DNA from: Parcubacteria group bacterium
Lineage (GTDB): Bacteria; Patescibacteriota; Minisyncoccia; Phycocordibacterales; UBA2135
DNA: 64,000 nt
Assembly (NCBI GenBank): GCA_016180525.1
Contig: JACPBB010000002.1
Coordinates: 48,824-112,823, forward strand
Reading direction: 5' to 3'
Each line of letters begins with the position of its first letter. Position 1 is the first letter of the stretch. The notes below the pieces were generated by a model. The model was not told where the DNA came from and made no database searches. It saw only the letters and a list, made by a program, of their open reading frames with translations. Of the stretch, positions 9,766 through 19,129 are shown piece by piece. The position numbers and the translations under genes were made by a program.

Positions 9766-10446
9766 TTATTTTCCCCTCCTTCTCTCACGCTCACCAAATT
9801 CTGCAAGAATCATCTCAAATTCTTTTTTTGAAAAATCAGGCCAAAATGTATCAATAAAAAAAAGTTCACTATACACTGATTGCCACGGTAAAAAATTAGA
9901 AAGTCTTTTTTCGCCTCCCGTGCGAATAATAATATCCGGATCGGCAATTCCAACAGTAAAGAGATGATTCGCAAAATCTGCCTCCGCAATTTCCTTTTGA
10001 GAACTTGCGAAAGAGCAAAGCGCCTGAGCGGCAGAGATAATTTCCGCACGTCCGCCATATGAGAGCGCAATACCAAGCGTGAATTCTTTTTTATCCTTCG
10101 TTTTTTCCTCCGCCTCATGCATCAGTGCTTGCATATCTTCTGGAAAACGATTCCGTGTTCCCAAAAAACGAATTTTTGTGTCTTCTCCTGAGAGAGTTTC
10201 AATCTCGTTTTTAAGAACCTCGCGGAATAAATCCATAAGATACGACACTTCTTCCTCCGTTCTATTCCAATTCTCCGTTGAAAATGCGTATACAACAAGG
10301 ACCTTGACGCCAACCTCTTTGGCCCACCCGACAACTTCTTTCAATTTTTCATATCCCTTTTTGTGCCCTTCATATGTAGGAAAACTGTGAGCCATTGCCC
10401 ACCTACGATTGCCGTCCATAATAATACCGATACATTTTGGAATCAT
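9766..10446 (-). CDS. uppS: Undecaprenyl diphosphate synthase
   Basis: IIMDGNRRWA, YAFSTENW.R, YGGRAEI, IRTGGEKRLSNFLPWQ. Confidence 0.96.
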   Translation of the reverse strand: MIPKCIGIIMDGNRRWAMAHSFPTYEGHKKGYEKLKEVVGWAKEVGVKVLVVYAFSTENWNRTEEEVSYLMDLFREVLKNEIETLSGEDTKIRFLGTRNRFPEDMQALMHEAEEKTKDKKEFTLGIALSYGGRAEIISAAQALCSFASSQKEIAEADFANHLFTVGIADPDIIIRTGGEKRLSNFLPWQSVYSELFFIDTFWPDFSKKEFEMILAEFGERERRRGK

Positions 10447-10484
10447 ATACTTAGGGGTTAGTAGTTAGCGTTTAGGATTTAGTA

Positions 10485-10760
10485 TTAATAGAGGATTTTA
10501 AAGCCTTGAAACTTCTCTACCGGCTCATGCCACTCTACTTTAACATTCGCGACTCGTGCAAGAAACGGACCTTTGTGAAGATATTCTAAAAGCTTTTCCA
10601 AACTCTCTTCGGTTCCTTGCGCAAAAACTAAAACTGAGCCGTCTTCCTGGTTTTCAACGGTCCCTGAAATGTTAAGTCCGCGCGCTTTGCGCTGAACAAA
10701 ATCCCTGTACATAACAAGCTGGACCTTCCCGCTTATTTTACATCGTATTTCTTTTATCAT
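10485..10760 (-). CDS. acyP: Acylphosphatase
   Basis: ISGKVQ.V.YR, G.V.N..DGSV, GP..A.V. Confidence 0.9.
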   Translation of the reverse strand: MIKEIRCKISGKVQLVMYRDFVQRKARGLNISGTVENQEDGSVLVFAQGTEESLEKLLEYLHKGPFLARVANVKVEWHEPVEKFQGFKILY

Positions 10761-10819
10761 AATCAAACAATGCGCGCTAGGACCTTCTCATATTCCATAA
10801 AATTAATACATTAATTTTA

Positions 10820-10892
10820 TGGACGCTAGAGGACTCGAACCTCTGACCCTCTCGGTGTAAACGAGATGCTCTACCAACTGAGCTAAGCGTCC
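10820..10892 (-). tRNA. tRNA-Val(TAC)
   Basis: GGACGCT...AGCGTCC-A, anticodon arm TCTCG-TTTACAC-CGAGA. Confidence 0.95.
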
Positions 10893-11017
10893 ATTTGAGT
10901 GTGGAGACAAAACTGAGTCCCGACGTTTTTGTCGGGACCCCGACCGCTTTGCGCGTCGGGGCTAAGCGTCCCCCACATTTGTCCATACTATACTTAACTA
11001 TACTAAAAATACAAATA

Positions 11018-11046
11018 AAAAAGGCGGGCGCAATGCGCCCGACCCG
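11018..11046 (-). terminator. Intrinsic terminator
   Basis: Minus strand CGGGCGCA-T-TGCGCCCGCCTTTTTT. Confidence 0.7.
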
Positions 11047-11138
11047 AGTTTGAACAATCTGTTTTTCATTATTCTCGCCTGAGCTGCCCAATAAGCAGTC
11101 GGCGGGTTTTTTCTTCCCAGGGTCCGTCTTTGTTAGGC

Positions 11139-11213
11139 TTACTGGTAGCCAACCTTGGCTTCGAGATAAGCCTTCAGGGTACGATATACGCACCCTCGTG
11201 AGTCCATCCACAT
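11139..11213 (-). CDS. Putative 24-aa peptide MWMDSRGCVYRTLKAYLEAKVGYQ
   Basis: AGGAGG 5 nt before ATG; consensus promoter upstream and terminator downstream; below the ORF-track size cut-off. Confidence 0.45.
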   Translation of the reverse strand: MWMDSRGCVYRTLKAYLEAKVGYQ

Positions 11214-11351
11214 CGAAACCTCCTGTGAAAAGTGGTGGAAAGAACGCACATGAGGCCTCGCCGCTATTTATAATGTAAAAACATATGTGTTAAGGGAGGC
11301 CTCATGCGCATTCTCTCGCCTCTATGAACCATATTCTAATTCTTAACTCCT

Positions 11352-11379
11352 ATTATACACAAATATAAAATTTTGTCAA
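11352..11379 (-). promoter_or_regulatory. Sigma70-type promoter
   Basis: TTGACA-16 nt-TATAAT on the minus strand. Confidence 0.6.
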
Positions 11380-11736
11380 GTTTTCACTAAGGAGGTAGTT
11401 TTTAATCCTCTTGGGATAAAAATAAAGTCATCCCGATTTGTATTGAGACTCGTTTGTTTTTTACGCAGGATACTTGAATTAGGGCGAACCCACCGCGCCT
11501 TCGGCGCGGCAGAACCCCCGCCAAAAATGCAGGCGGCGAAGCCGCACCGCTGACAATTTCAAGTTTTTTTTGACGGCGAATAAATCCAAGAATTCGCGAA
11601 GCGAATACCTTGAATGAACTAAATATAGAAAATTATGACAATAATTTCAATTTTAGAAAAAGTGAGAGCCCCGAGCAGATTTTTGGTCCGCGAGGGGCTC
11701 GGGTTGAGGGCGATGTTTGTGCGTGCCAGGCCACGA

Positions 11737-11910
11737 CTACTTCGTCTTGTAGAAGATCGTGATCGTGACGTCGTGGTCCAGGCGTCCGGAGGCGTCCTGC
11801 ATGGTTCGCGTGATCTCGATCTTGTCGCCCATCTTGTCGAGCCACGCATTGATCCGCTGTTCCAAGCCCTCCGCATCGTTGCAGCCGTAGAAGACTTTCA
11901 CTCGTTCCAT
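11737..11910 (-). CDS. Small protein resembling the Cse60/DUF2758 family
   Basis: M.RVKVF....E.LE..IN.WL......I.I pattern; AAGGAGG RBS; GC-rich codons. Confidence 0.6.
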   Translation of the reverse strand: MERVKVFYGCNDAEGLEQRINAWLDKMGDKIEITRTMQDASGRLDHDVTITIFYKTK

Positions 11911-11994
11911 TTCGCGAACCTCCTTCAAGGTGCTGTTTTCGGCGGCACTTTACCGCAGAAGTCAGCGGGTTTTTGGAATTCCGATGACACAACT

Positions 11995-12023
11995 AATATA
12001 GCATATTCCTTGCTTAAAGTCAA
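11995..12023 (-). promoter_or_regulatory. Sigma70-type promoter
   Basis: TTGACT-17 nt-TATATT with TG extension, upstream of the Cse60-like gene. Confidence 0.6.
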
Positions 12024-12202
12024 GGGCAAGTGGGAAAACAGAAAAAGCCCATATTTTAGGGCTTTTTCTGTGGTTTCGTATTGGATTAAAAATTTTTCTT
12101 CCCCTCAAACGAAATCGCGAATTCCGTTTTGAGCCGAAAATACAATACGCGCGAGCCGCCGAGCAACGCGAGGCGGCGAGCTCTGACTTGCAATTTCCTT
12201 TC

Positions 12203-12277
12203 TGGTGCCCTCGGCAGGAATCGAACCCGCATCAACGCCTTAGAAGAGCGCTGCTCTATCCATTGAGCTACAAGGGC
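12203..12277 (-). tRNA. tRNA-Arg(TCT)
   Basis: GCCCTTG...CGAGGGC-A-CCA, anticodon loop CTTCTAA. Confidence 0.94.
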
Positions 12278-12359
12278 AATAATAATGTTGTTCAGTTAAA
12301 AAGTTTTAAAGCATAATTGGTCTTTATAACTTTATAAACTTGATAACTTTATAACCGAT

Positions 12360-12692
12360 TTACAATGATGGGTCAATTATTTCCGGTCGATTGCTGAAAA
12401 GCTCTTGAAACAAAATTTCTTTTTCTTTAAACAATTTGAGTACCTCCTTAAGCGCATCCACATGCACGACCTCAGAGCGCAAGGCTCCGACAGTTTCTAT
12501 ATTGGCTCCTTCGTCAGTATTGATGATAACAAAAAGATACACTGCGATCGTTACGAGTAAAACACCGACAACGAGCATGAGGATGATAAGAATAAGCCAG
12601 TCTCTATACGGATTAATGTCAAAACTTCCCTTGTGAGAAAGTTTTAGAAACGAAAACCCTTTTTTTATTGTACTAATTATATTTTGGAACAT
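12360..12692 (-). CDS. Single-TM protein at the end of the pilMNO operon
   Basis: One TM helix, C-terminal DPS; overlaps the operon and is co-oriented. Confidence 0.7.
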   Translation of the reverse strand: MFQNIISTIKKGFSFLKLSHKGSFDINPYRDWLILIILMLVVGVLLVTIAVYLFVIINTDEGANIETVGALRSEVVHVDALKEVLKLFKEKEILFQELFSNRPEIIDPSL

Positions 12693-12712
12693 AAGAATTA
12701 AAAATTGAGTTA

Positions 12713-13327
12713 TTATTTTGGATCAAAGCTAAGAACCGTAAGCGTAAACACGGCGTGCCATGTATCTGTCGCCTTCCGTTTTTCAAGACCACGGGGAGTT
12801 TCTTTATCAAGTAAAAATTTTTCAAGCGAAATTTTAACAGGAATATGCTCCACAATTTCCAGAAAATAAAATATTTCACTGAAACTCCCGAGTGTTTCAA
12901 ATTCCATAGCAAGAACATTTTCTGTTTCTCGAATATTTACAAAATTAAATCGCAAAAGAACGTTTGCGTGCCTACCCGCCTGCTCTATGTCCTCAATAAA
13001 TGCAACTAATTTTTCCTCGTTTATAAAATACCTATTAAGTGCTTCCCGCTCCGTTTCTGTGTCGCGAAAACTATCGCGGAGCGCGTAGAGCTGTTGTTCT
13101 TTAAGTTGCTCGGTGTCGAGCATACTTGTCGCCTCGGTAATCGCATCTTTTTTGTTCAGTACAAATCCAAACAAAAACGCATACCCTAAAAGTGCCAGCG
13201 TGGTCAGCGCCATGAGCAGAATAATACTGTAACGAACCGACATTTTTTTTCGATCCGACTCAACAATTGAAATCGGGGAAGACCGCGGTTTAAAAGAAAT
13301 TTCTTTGGAATTATTTTCCATCTTCAT
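12713..13327 (-). CDS. PilO-like type IV pilus assembly protein
   Basis: TM + coiled coil + GSF..I..FL..+E.+P; position after pilM/pilN. Confidence 0.7.
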   Translation of the reverse strand: MKMENNSKEISFKPRSSPISIVESDRKKMSVRYSIILLMALTTLALLGYAFLFGFVLNKKDAITEATSMLDTEQLKEQQLYALRDSFRDTETEREALNRYFINEEKLVAFIEDIEQAGRHANVLLRFNFVNIRETENVLAMEFETLGSFSEIFYFLEIVEHIPVKISLEKFLLDKETPRGLEKRKATDTWHAVFTLTVLSFDPK

Positions 13328-13874
13328 CGTTGTTAAATTGTAATGAAACAGAAAAAGGAATGTCAGAACTTTTTACAAAATTTGAAACAGGAAGCTCTAC
13401 ATTTGTAAAAACAGGTTCTTTCTCAAGCGCGTTCACAAACGCAAGAAGCGTTTGTCGGTCTTTTGCGACGCCTGAGACCGTCATCCGTACTCCTTGTGAG
13501 CTTCCTGGGATATTTTCGTAAAAAAACGCGGTGAGTGTAACATTAAAATTTTTCCGTGCCATGGTTTTTTCTATTGCTTCGTATATAAAAATATATCCGC
13601 TCTTTTCTTCCTGAAGCAGGGAGATTTTTTTGTTTGTGTCCGATACGCTTTTCTTTAAATTTTTGCGCTCTTCAACAGAAACAATTTCTGAGACAACAGT
13701 AAGACGATCAAGCGCCACTTTCTCTTTTACAAAGCCCCACAACAGAGCAGGTGAGAGTGCCACAACCCCAAACCCTACGGTTATCACGAAAAATATGAGC
13801 CCAACAATTAAAAGACGGGATTTGTATGTATTTTGTATTTTTACTTTCTCTGAAACTGGTAATAAATTAACCAT
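13311..13874 (-). CDS. pilN: PilN-like type IV pilus assembly protein
   Basis: N-terminal NLLP motif, TM, SGVA..R..L..F...LE..P.F..V. Confidence 0.8.
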   Translation of the reverse strand: MVNLLPVSEKVKIQNTYKSRLLIVGLIFFVITVGFGVVALSPALLWGFVKEKVALDRLTVVSEIVSVEERKNLKKSVSDTNKKISLLQEEKSGYIFIYEAIEKTMARKNFNVTLTAFFYENIPGSSQGVRMTVSGVAKDRQTLLAFVNALEKEPVFTNVELPVSNFVKSSDIPFSVSLQFNNDEDGK

Positions 13875-13886
13875 GATTTTAAAATT

Positions 13887-14975
13887 CTACGATAGAGTTC
13901 CTAACGCAAGCCCAAGCGCAGTTGCGTATCGGAGCGCGTGATTACTAGGGATCTCGGGAACATACTGTGCGAGTGAATTAATATTAATCCACGGGTTCGC
14001 AATTTCTATGTCTATGTTGAGTGTTGTTGCTAAATAATTGGGGAGCCCCGGAACGTTAGCCTCTCCGCCGCAGATTATAATACGGTCAATCGCATCACCA
14101 CCTTTTTCAATAATATTTTCGTGAGAGCGGGCGTATTCATAATGCTTACTGATTTCATCACGTAAAATAGCTAGCCGCGCGACAAGCGCCCGATAGAGCG
14201 GGTCCTCTTTTCCGTGAAGTAAGCCTTCGCTTTCTTTGCGCCGCTGTGCTTCTCCAAAAGAAATATTGAGGGAGCGCGCTACCGCTTCCGTTAAAGAGTG
14301 CCCTCCAACTTTTATCGTAGAGGTAAATGTTATAACTCCCCCTGACTGGACCGCGACCCCAGTTCTTGTGCCCCCAATGTCAAGCAAGAGAAACGTGCCG
14401 CAATCGCCTCTCTGTACGATTGCCCTCGCAATAGAGTGCGCCTCAAATTCAAAAGAAAGCGGCGTTAATCCGGTATTTTCAAAAATTTTAAGATAACCCT
14501 CTACAACTCTATGCGGCATAACCGACAAACCGACCTTGTAATTTCCCTCACTCCGTGAGACTCCGCAGGTTACCAGCTGATAATCAAAAACAGCCTCGTG
14601 GGGAGAGAGCGGAACATGGTCTGCGAGTTGCAATTCCAAACTCTCATATATTTCTTCCGGCTTAACGCGTGGTATTTCAATTTTGAGCGAATATCCCTGC
14701 TCTTCGGGAAGCGACGTCCGAACAAAAGAAAAACCATGTTTTTTTTTCATACCCACAAGTATTTTGCGCATTTCATCGTGTTTGCGAATAAGCCCCTCAA
14801 CGACAATGCCGGGAGAAATTGATTGTTCGCCAAATTTTCCCAACACAAGGCCGTGAGAAGCGCGTTTCAACTCGGCAAAACGAATAGACTGATCTGAGAT
14901 ATCAAGGCCAACCGCTGGCATTTCCAAAAACTGCGGTGGAGGAAAAAAACGGAAAAAACGATTATTATACAGCAT
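13887..14975 (-). CDS. pilM: Type IV pilus assembly protein PilM
   Basis: GLDISD.SIR, LDIGGTRT, ICGGEAN.PGL, ANPW, YATALGLAL (actin-like fold). Confidence 0.92.
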   Translation of the reverse strand: MLYNNRFFRFFPPPQFLEMPAVGLDISDQSIRFAELKRASHGLVLGKFGEQSISPGIVVEGLIRKHDEMRKILVGMKKKHGFSFVRTSLPEEQGYSLKIEIPRVKPEEIYESLELQLADHVPLSPHEAVFDYQLVTCGVSRSEGNYKVGLSVMPHRVVEGYLKIFENTGLTPLSFEFEAHSIARAIVQRGDCGTFLLLDIGGTRTGVAVQSGGVITFTSTIKVGGHSLTEAVARSLNISFGEAQRRKESEGLLHGKEDPLYRALVARLAILRDEISKHYEYARSHENIIEKGGDAIDRIIICGGEANVPGLPNYLATTLNIDIEIANPWININSLAQYVPEIPSNHALRYATALGLALGTLS

Positions 14976-15147
14976 TATTTTAAGTATACCCCCACACTAA
15001 TATATTTTGAAATTGATGTGGGGGTATAAGCAATAATCCCGCAGACGTATATGTTTTTAGCCCCATCCCGCCGTATACTCCTTATATGCCTACAATACAA
15101 ACACAGTTTGAAATAACAATGTGTGACACCCTTACGGACGCAGAGAT

Positions 15148-15747
15148 TCAACGAACAAAGAGTACGAACGCAATAATTATAATAGCCACAATAATAGAAA
15201 TAGTGTTGAAATAAGTAAAAATGAGATTTCCCAACCGGTCGCCGAATTTTTGAGCACAGAACGCAACAATAAAAAATCGTAAGGCGCGCCCAATAATTGA
15301 CGCAATAATAAAAATCATAAGAGAGATATGAAAAAAGCCAGCACTTAGTGTAAACACTTTATACGGGATTGGACTAAACGCAGATACAAAAATGGCAAGA
15401 AACGCGTTATCGGCAAAGAGAACTCCGACTTTCTGCATTTCATCTCCAAAATGATATGCCTCTATGATTTGTTTTCCAATTACATCAAACAAAAAACTGC
15501 CAATAAAATAGCCGGCAACTCCGCCCAGCACTGAGGTAATAGTGGTAAGTGTTGCATAATATATCCATCGCTCTTTCCGCGCAATTAAAATAGCGATAAG
15601 TAAAATATCCGGAGGAATGGGAAAAAACGTTGCTTCCGCAAATGAAAAAAAAGAAAGCCATGCTTTCATGTGTGGACCTTCAGCGTGACGCACAAACCAG
15701 TCGCGTATCCTAATCTTAAGCAGTGTTTTGTTGATATCATTTTCCAT
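15148..15747 (-). CDS. DedA/YqaA family membrane protein
   Basis: SFAEA.FFPIPPD, SVLGG..GY, FSPIPYKVF...AG, GRALRFF. Confidence 0.92.
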   Translation of the reverse strand: MENDINKTLLKIRIRDWFVRHAEGPHMKAWLSFFSFAEATFFPIPPDILLIAILIARKERWIYYATLTTITSVLGGVAGYFIGSFLFDVIGKQIIEAYHFGDEMQKVGVLFADNAFLAIFVSAFSPIPYKVFTLSAGFFHISLMIFIIASIIGRALRFFIVAFCAQKFGDRLGNLIFTYFNTISIIVAIIIIAFVLFVR

Positions 15748-16138
15748 TATTGTATTTTCTCTTATCTAAAAAACTCTGTAAAATAATCGCAGCCGCAGAA
15801 TCATCTACGGGGACATTGCTCTCTTTTTCTCTGCTACGCCGAGCTTCCTGCGAAGTAAGCACCTCTGATTCAAACGCAATTGGAAGGCTTGTAGTTTTTT
15901 GGAGCCTCTCTTTAAAATCAGCTATTTTTTTCATGACCGGATTCTCTGTCCCTCCATACATGCGTGATTCCCCGATAACAATTTGAGAAACACTTTCTTG
16001 TTTGCATATGTCGTGAATGCTTTTTATAAGACGTGCATCGTTGTTTAAAATACTGTGAGGAAAAGCTAGCATTCCATTCTCATCGGAGAGGGCTATGCCA
16101 ATTCGTTTTTCCCCATAATCAATGCCGAGAAAACGCAT
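15737..16138 (-). CDS. ruvX: Pre-16S rRNA nuclease / resolvase-like YqgF
   Basis: LGIDYGEKRIGIALSD, E.LTS.EA, D..AAAIILQSFLD. Confidence 0.93.
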   Translation of the reverse strand: MRFLGIDYGEKRIGIALSDENGMLAFPHSILNNDARLIKSIHDICKQESVSQIVIGESRMYGGTENPVMKKIADFKERLQKTTSLPIAFESEVLTSQEARRSREKESNVPVDDSAAAIILQSFLDKRKYNNGK

Positions 16139-16354
16139 AGTATGTAGTATATCGCATCTTGCCTTGCCCGGTAGCGAGCCTTGCTCTGGTACTGGGGTAG
16201 TTTTGTATATATAACAATAATGAACCCTTAAAGATACAGGGTTGTTTGATACTTTATACTTGATATCAGAGCACTAAACACTCTTTTTGTGCTTTTAGTG
16301 CTCGACCGAGCACATAATTTGCAAATTATGTGCTCGGGCTTTATACTTGATAAT

Positions 16355-16600
16355 ATGCCTTCATTAGAATTATTTTTTGAGCAAAATTTGTGGGTGCTGG
16401 TAGTTGCAATGCTCTGGGTTTTGCCGTGGAAAGGCTATGCCCTCTGGAGCGCCGCGCAACTGCGCCACAAATGGTGGTTCATTATTTTGCTCGTGGTAAA
16501 CACACTTGCAATTTTGGACATTATCTACATCTTTGCTATCGCCAAAAAAGGTAGCGCGCTTTTTGGAAAGAAAGATAGAGTTTCATCTCAAAACGAGTAA
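16355..16600 (+). CDS. Small membrane protein (DUF5652-like)
   Basis: W.LPWKG.ALW.AA....KWWF..LL.VNT..IL.IIY. Confidence 0.75.
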   Translation: MPSLELFFEQNLWVLVVAMLWVLPWKGYALWSAAQLRHKWWFIILLVVNTLAILDIIYIFAIAKKGSALFGKKDRVSSQNE

Positions 16601-16735
16601 CAAATTAATTGCTTTATTCTCCTTTTTGTCATATTCTCAAAGAGAAGTATTTTTTGTGTAGAATAAAGAATAATTTTACTTCGTAAAATTTGCTTCCATA
16701 AACATTCTTTATTTAAGACGAAAAAGTATTTTAAG

Positions 16736-16822
16736 GGAGGAGTCGCATAGTGGTCTAGTGCGGCGGTCTTGAAAACCGCTAGGTCTTTATCGGCCTCGTG
16801 AGTTCGAATCTCACCTCCTCCG
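16736..16822 (+). tRNA. tRNA-Ser(TGA)
   Basis: GGAGGAG...CTCCTCC-G, anticodon arm GCGGT-CTTGAAA-ACCGC, long variable arm. Confidence 0.95.
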
Positions 16823-16930
16823 TTTTTACGTCCCTTTCCGATAGATATCGGAAAGGGACGTTTTGCACAGCTCATTTTTCAACAAGATAGTTTCTGATGA
16901 TATAATAAAGACAAGTAATGCACGTTATTC

Positions 16931-17398
16931 ATGGAAGAAGAACAAAAAAATATCACCTGGAAAACACTTGAACATAAACATGCCCACAAAGACCCTGACT
17001 GGTTTTGGGGTATTGGCATTATTGCCACATCAATCGCGATTATATCCATCATTGGCGGAAATCCGCTGTTTGCCGTTTTAATCGTTATTGGAGCAGTTAC
17101 ACTTTTCCTGCACGCAATAAAAATACCCCAGAATATAGAGGTGCGTGTCAGCGCGGATGGTATTTTAATTCACAATGCTCTTTTCTCATATGAACAGCTT
17201 GAGTCATTTAATGTTGAAAATAACGAGCACGACTCCTTTATTATTTTAAAATCAAAAAGAATTTTAACCCCACGAATTATTGTTCCGCTCAAGGCGGGAC
17301 TGGAAAAAGACGCACGGGGTGTGCTTCTCAAGTATCTCAAAGAAGAAAAACTTGAAGTTCCGATATCGCATCGCCTTCTTGAATTTTTAGGATTATAA
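16931..17398 (+). CDS. Conserved hypothetical two-TM protein
   Basis: W...EH.H..K..DWFW, two TMs, PH-like C-terminal region. Confidence 0.75.
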   Translation: MEEEQKNITWKTLEHKHAHKDPDWFWGIGIIATSIAIISIIGGNPLFAVLIVIGAVTLFLHAIKIPQNIEVRVSADGILIHNALFSYEQLESFNVENNEHDSFIILKSKRILTPRIIVPLKAGLEKDARGVLLKYLKEEKLEVPISHRLLEFLGL

Positions 17399-17439
17399 AG
17401 AAAATCGCCCCGATTAATATCGGGGCGATTTTCTTTTTT
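17397..17439. terminator. Bidirectional terminator
   Basis: AAAGAAAATCGCCCCGAT-TAAT-ATCGGGGCGATTTTCTTTTTT. Confidence 0.85.
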
Positions 17440-17467
17440 GTATATTGCAATCTAAAATTTGAAATTG

Positions 17468-18196
17468 TTAGAATTCCTCAAATTCCGGAATAAGCGTCAC
17501 TACAGCGCTATCTGAAAGCTCGCCTCCTTCGTTTTGGCACGTTAGTATAAATGTGCTTTGCACAGTAATCGGGCCAGAGGGCGCAGAGCCCGAAATGCCG
17601 GTTTGTGAAAATCCATTAGGGCCGGTCACCGTACAGCTGTCAACGTTTGTCGCGGACCATGTAACTGTTGACTGATTGCCAGACTTTACCGAAACCGGAC
17701 TTGCAGAAATGCCAACATCAGGGTTAAGCACCGTTACTCCAACTGATGATTGAAGCGACGACGGAGAGTATGTGCCAGGATTATAAAAGCATACAACAGT
17801 GTACGTCGTGTCTGTTGTGGGAGAAACAACAACCGAACCAGAAATGGCTCCCCCCGTTGAAAAATTAAGACCATCGCAACTCGTCGCTCCGGTGGCATTC
17901 CATTCAATTGTTACGCTACCCCCTTGGTTTATGGTGATAGCCCCCCCGCTTTCACCAGTTTCATTATTTTCTCCAAATAAATTAAGTGCGGGCGGAGCAC
18001 ATTCTCCCGGGGTATGCTCGTATGAGGGACACGACGCGGGAATCGCAAACCCGCCGCTTATCCCTTTAGGAGAAAGAGATGTAACGCCAACCTCCACAGA
18101 TTTTTGCGGCAACATAGTAAGGCCGGCGCCCCAAAATATCCACCCGATAAGAAGTAGCGCGAGCACAGCGACAATAAGTTGAGGAATGTTTTTCAT
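17468..18196 (-). CDS. Membrane-anchored protein with two Ig/PKD-like beta-sandwich repeats
   Basis: Two repeats of (S/T)..W.AT..(T/D)SC...TT(Y/F).(V/L).C; N-terminal TM; C-terminal P.FEEF. Confidence 0.75.
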   Translation of the reverse strand: MKNIPQLIVAVLALLLIGWIFWGAGLTMLPQKSVEVGVTSLSPKGISGGFAIPASCPSYEHTPGECAPPALNLFGENNETGESGGAITINQGGSVTIEWNATGATSCDGLNFSTGGAISGSVVVSPTTDTTYTVVCFYNPGTYSPSSLQSSVGVTVLNPDVGISASPVSVKSGNQSTVTWSATNVDSCTVTGPNGFSQTGISGSAPSGPITVQSTFILTCQNEGGELSDSAVVTLIPEFEEF

Positions 18197-18235
18197 GCTA
18201 ATAATTATATCAAATAGAGCCAAAAACAAAAACAA

Positions 18236-19006
18236 TTATTTGCCGGCGGTTAAATTAATATTAAATCGTATGGCTTCTTTCATTTCATAAACCCCTTGTC
18301 CCGCAACGTTTGGATCGTTTCCGGGGTATGCCCTATGCCAATCTGATTCTGTAAGAGTTTCCGCCCAAAAAAGCGCCTTTTGAAAGTAAATCTTGGCTTT
18401 TTCATTATTGCCTAGGTTCATATGCGCAAGCGCTGTCATATTTAAAAGCCACGGGTTATTCGGAAAATGCGCGAGTCCGCCCTCCGCAGTTTGCCGTGTT
18501 TTTTCATAGTTCCCCTGTTGAAAATAAATCCACGCCAGGTCGTTGTACACAGCCCAGTTATTTCTATCCCATTCAAAAAATTTCAAAAAATTTTTCTCCG
18601 CTTTTTCATATTCTTTCGTATATCCATAAATGAGCCCGCGGATATAATATGAAGACATAAGCGAGTCGCCATGCAGCTCAATTTGTGTATTTATCTTCTC
18701 GAGTGCCCCATCAAAATCCCCGCGCAAAAAATCAATCCGCGCAAGCTGGTGCCACGCATCAGACACGTTCGGATCGACTCCGAGCGCTTTATTAAAATAT
18801 TCTGCCGCCCTGTCTAAGTCATACTTCCCGCTTCCGCCAACATTGAAATAATAATTTCCCTTTTGCACGAATACGTTCGCGTCATTCCCCCGCAAAGAAA
18901 ACATATCAAAAACAACTGCTCCCGTTTTTGTTCGTGTCAACACAAGTACTACAAGCACAAAGATTACGAAAATAAAGATAAGTTTTTTATTCAGCGAGAT
19001 TTGCAT
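18236..19006 (-). CDS. Membrane-anchored TPR protein
   Basis: N-terminal TM and several TPR-type A..Y..KAL..DP repeats. Confidence 0.85.
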   Translation of the reverse strand: MQISLNKKLIFIFVIFVLVVLVLTRTKTGAVVFDMFSLRGNDANVFVQKGNYYFNVGGSGKYDLDRAAEYFNKALGVDPNVSDAWHQLARIDFLRGDFDGALEKINTQIELHGDSLMSSYYIRGLIYGYTKEYEKAEKNFLKFFEWDRNNWAVYNDLAWIYFQQGNYEKTRQTAEGGLAHFPNNPWLLNMTALAHMNLGNNEKAKIYFQKALFWAETLTESDWHRAYPGNDPNVAGQGVYEMKEAIRFNINLTAGK

Positions 19007-19056
19007 TATTTCTCTATTATACCAAAAACACTATAAAATAAGGATTTTTTTAAATA

Positions 19057-19085
19057 TTGACAGATATGTATTTATTTGTTATAAT
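19057..19085 (+). promoter_or_regulatory. Consensus sigma70 promoter
   Basis: TTGACA-17 nt-TATAAT with TG extension. Confidence 0.75.
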
Positions 19086-19129
19086 TAACGATAAAGATCT
19101 TTACAATTCGATTCCACCTTCATGAAAGG

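Noticed and set aside
10777-11211. 144-aa ORF on the minus strand
   Set aside because: It runs through a terminator, a palindromic element and tRNA-Val; the RBS fits the 24-aa ORF in another frame.
11635-12132. 165-aa plus-strand ORF and other overlapping ORFs
   Set aside because: Antisense or alternative-frame shadows of the GC-rich Cse60-like gene, which has the RBS and promoter.
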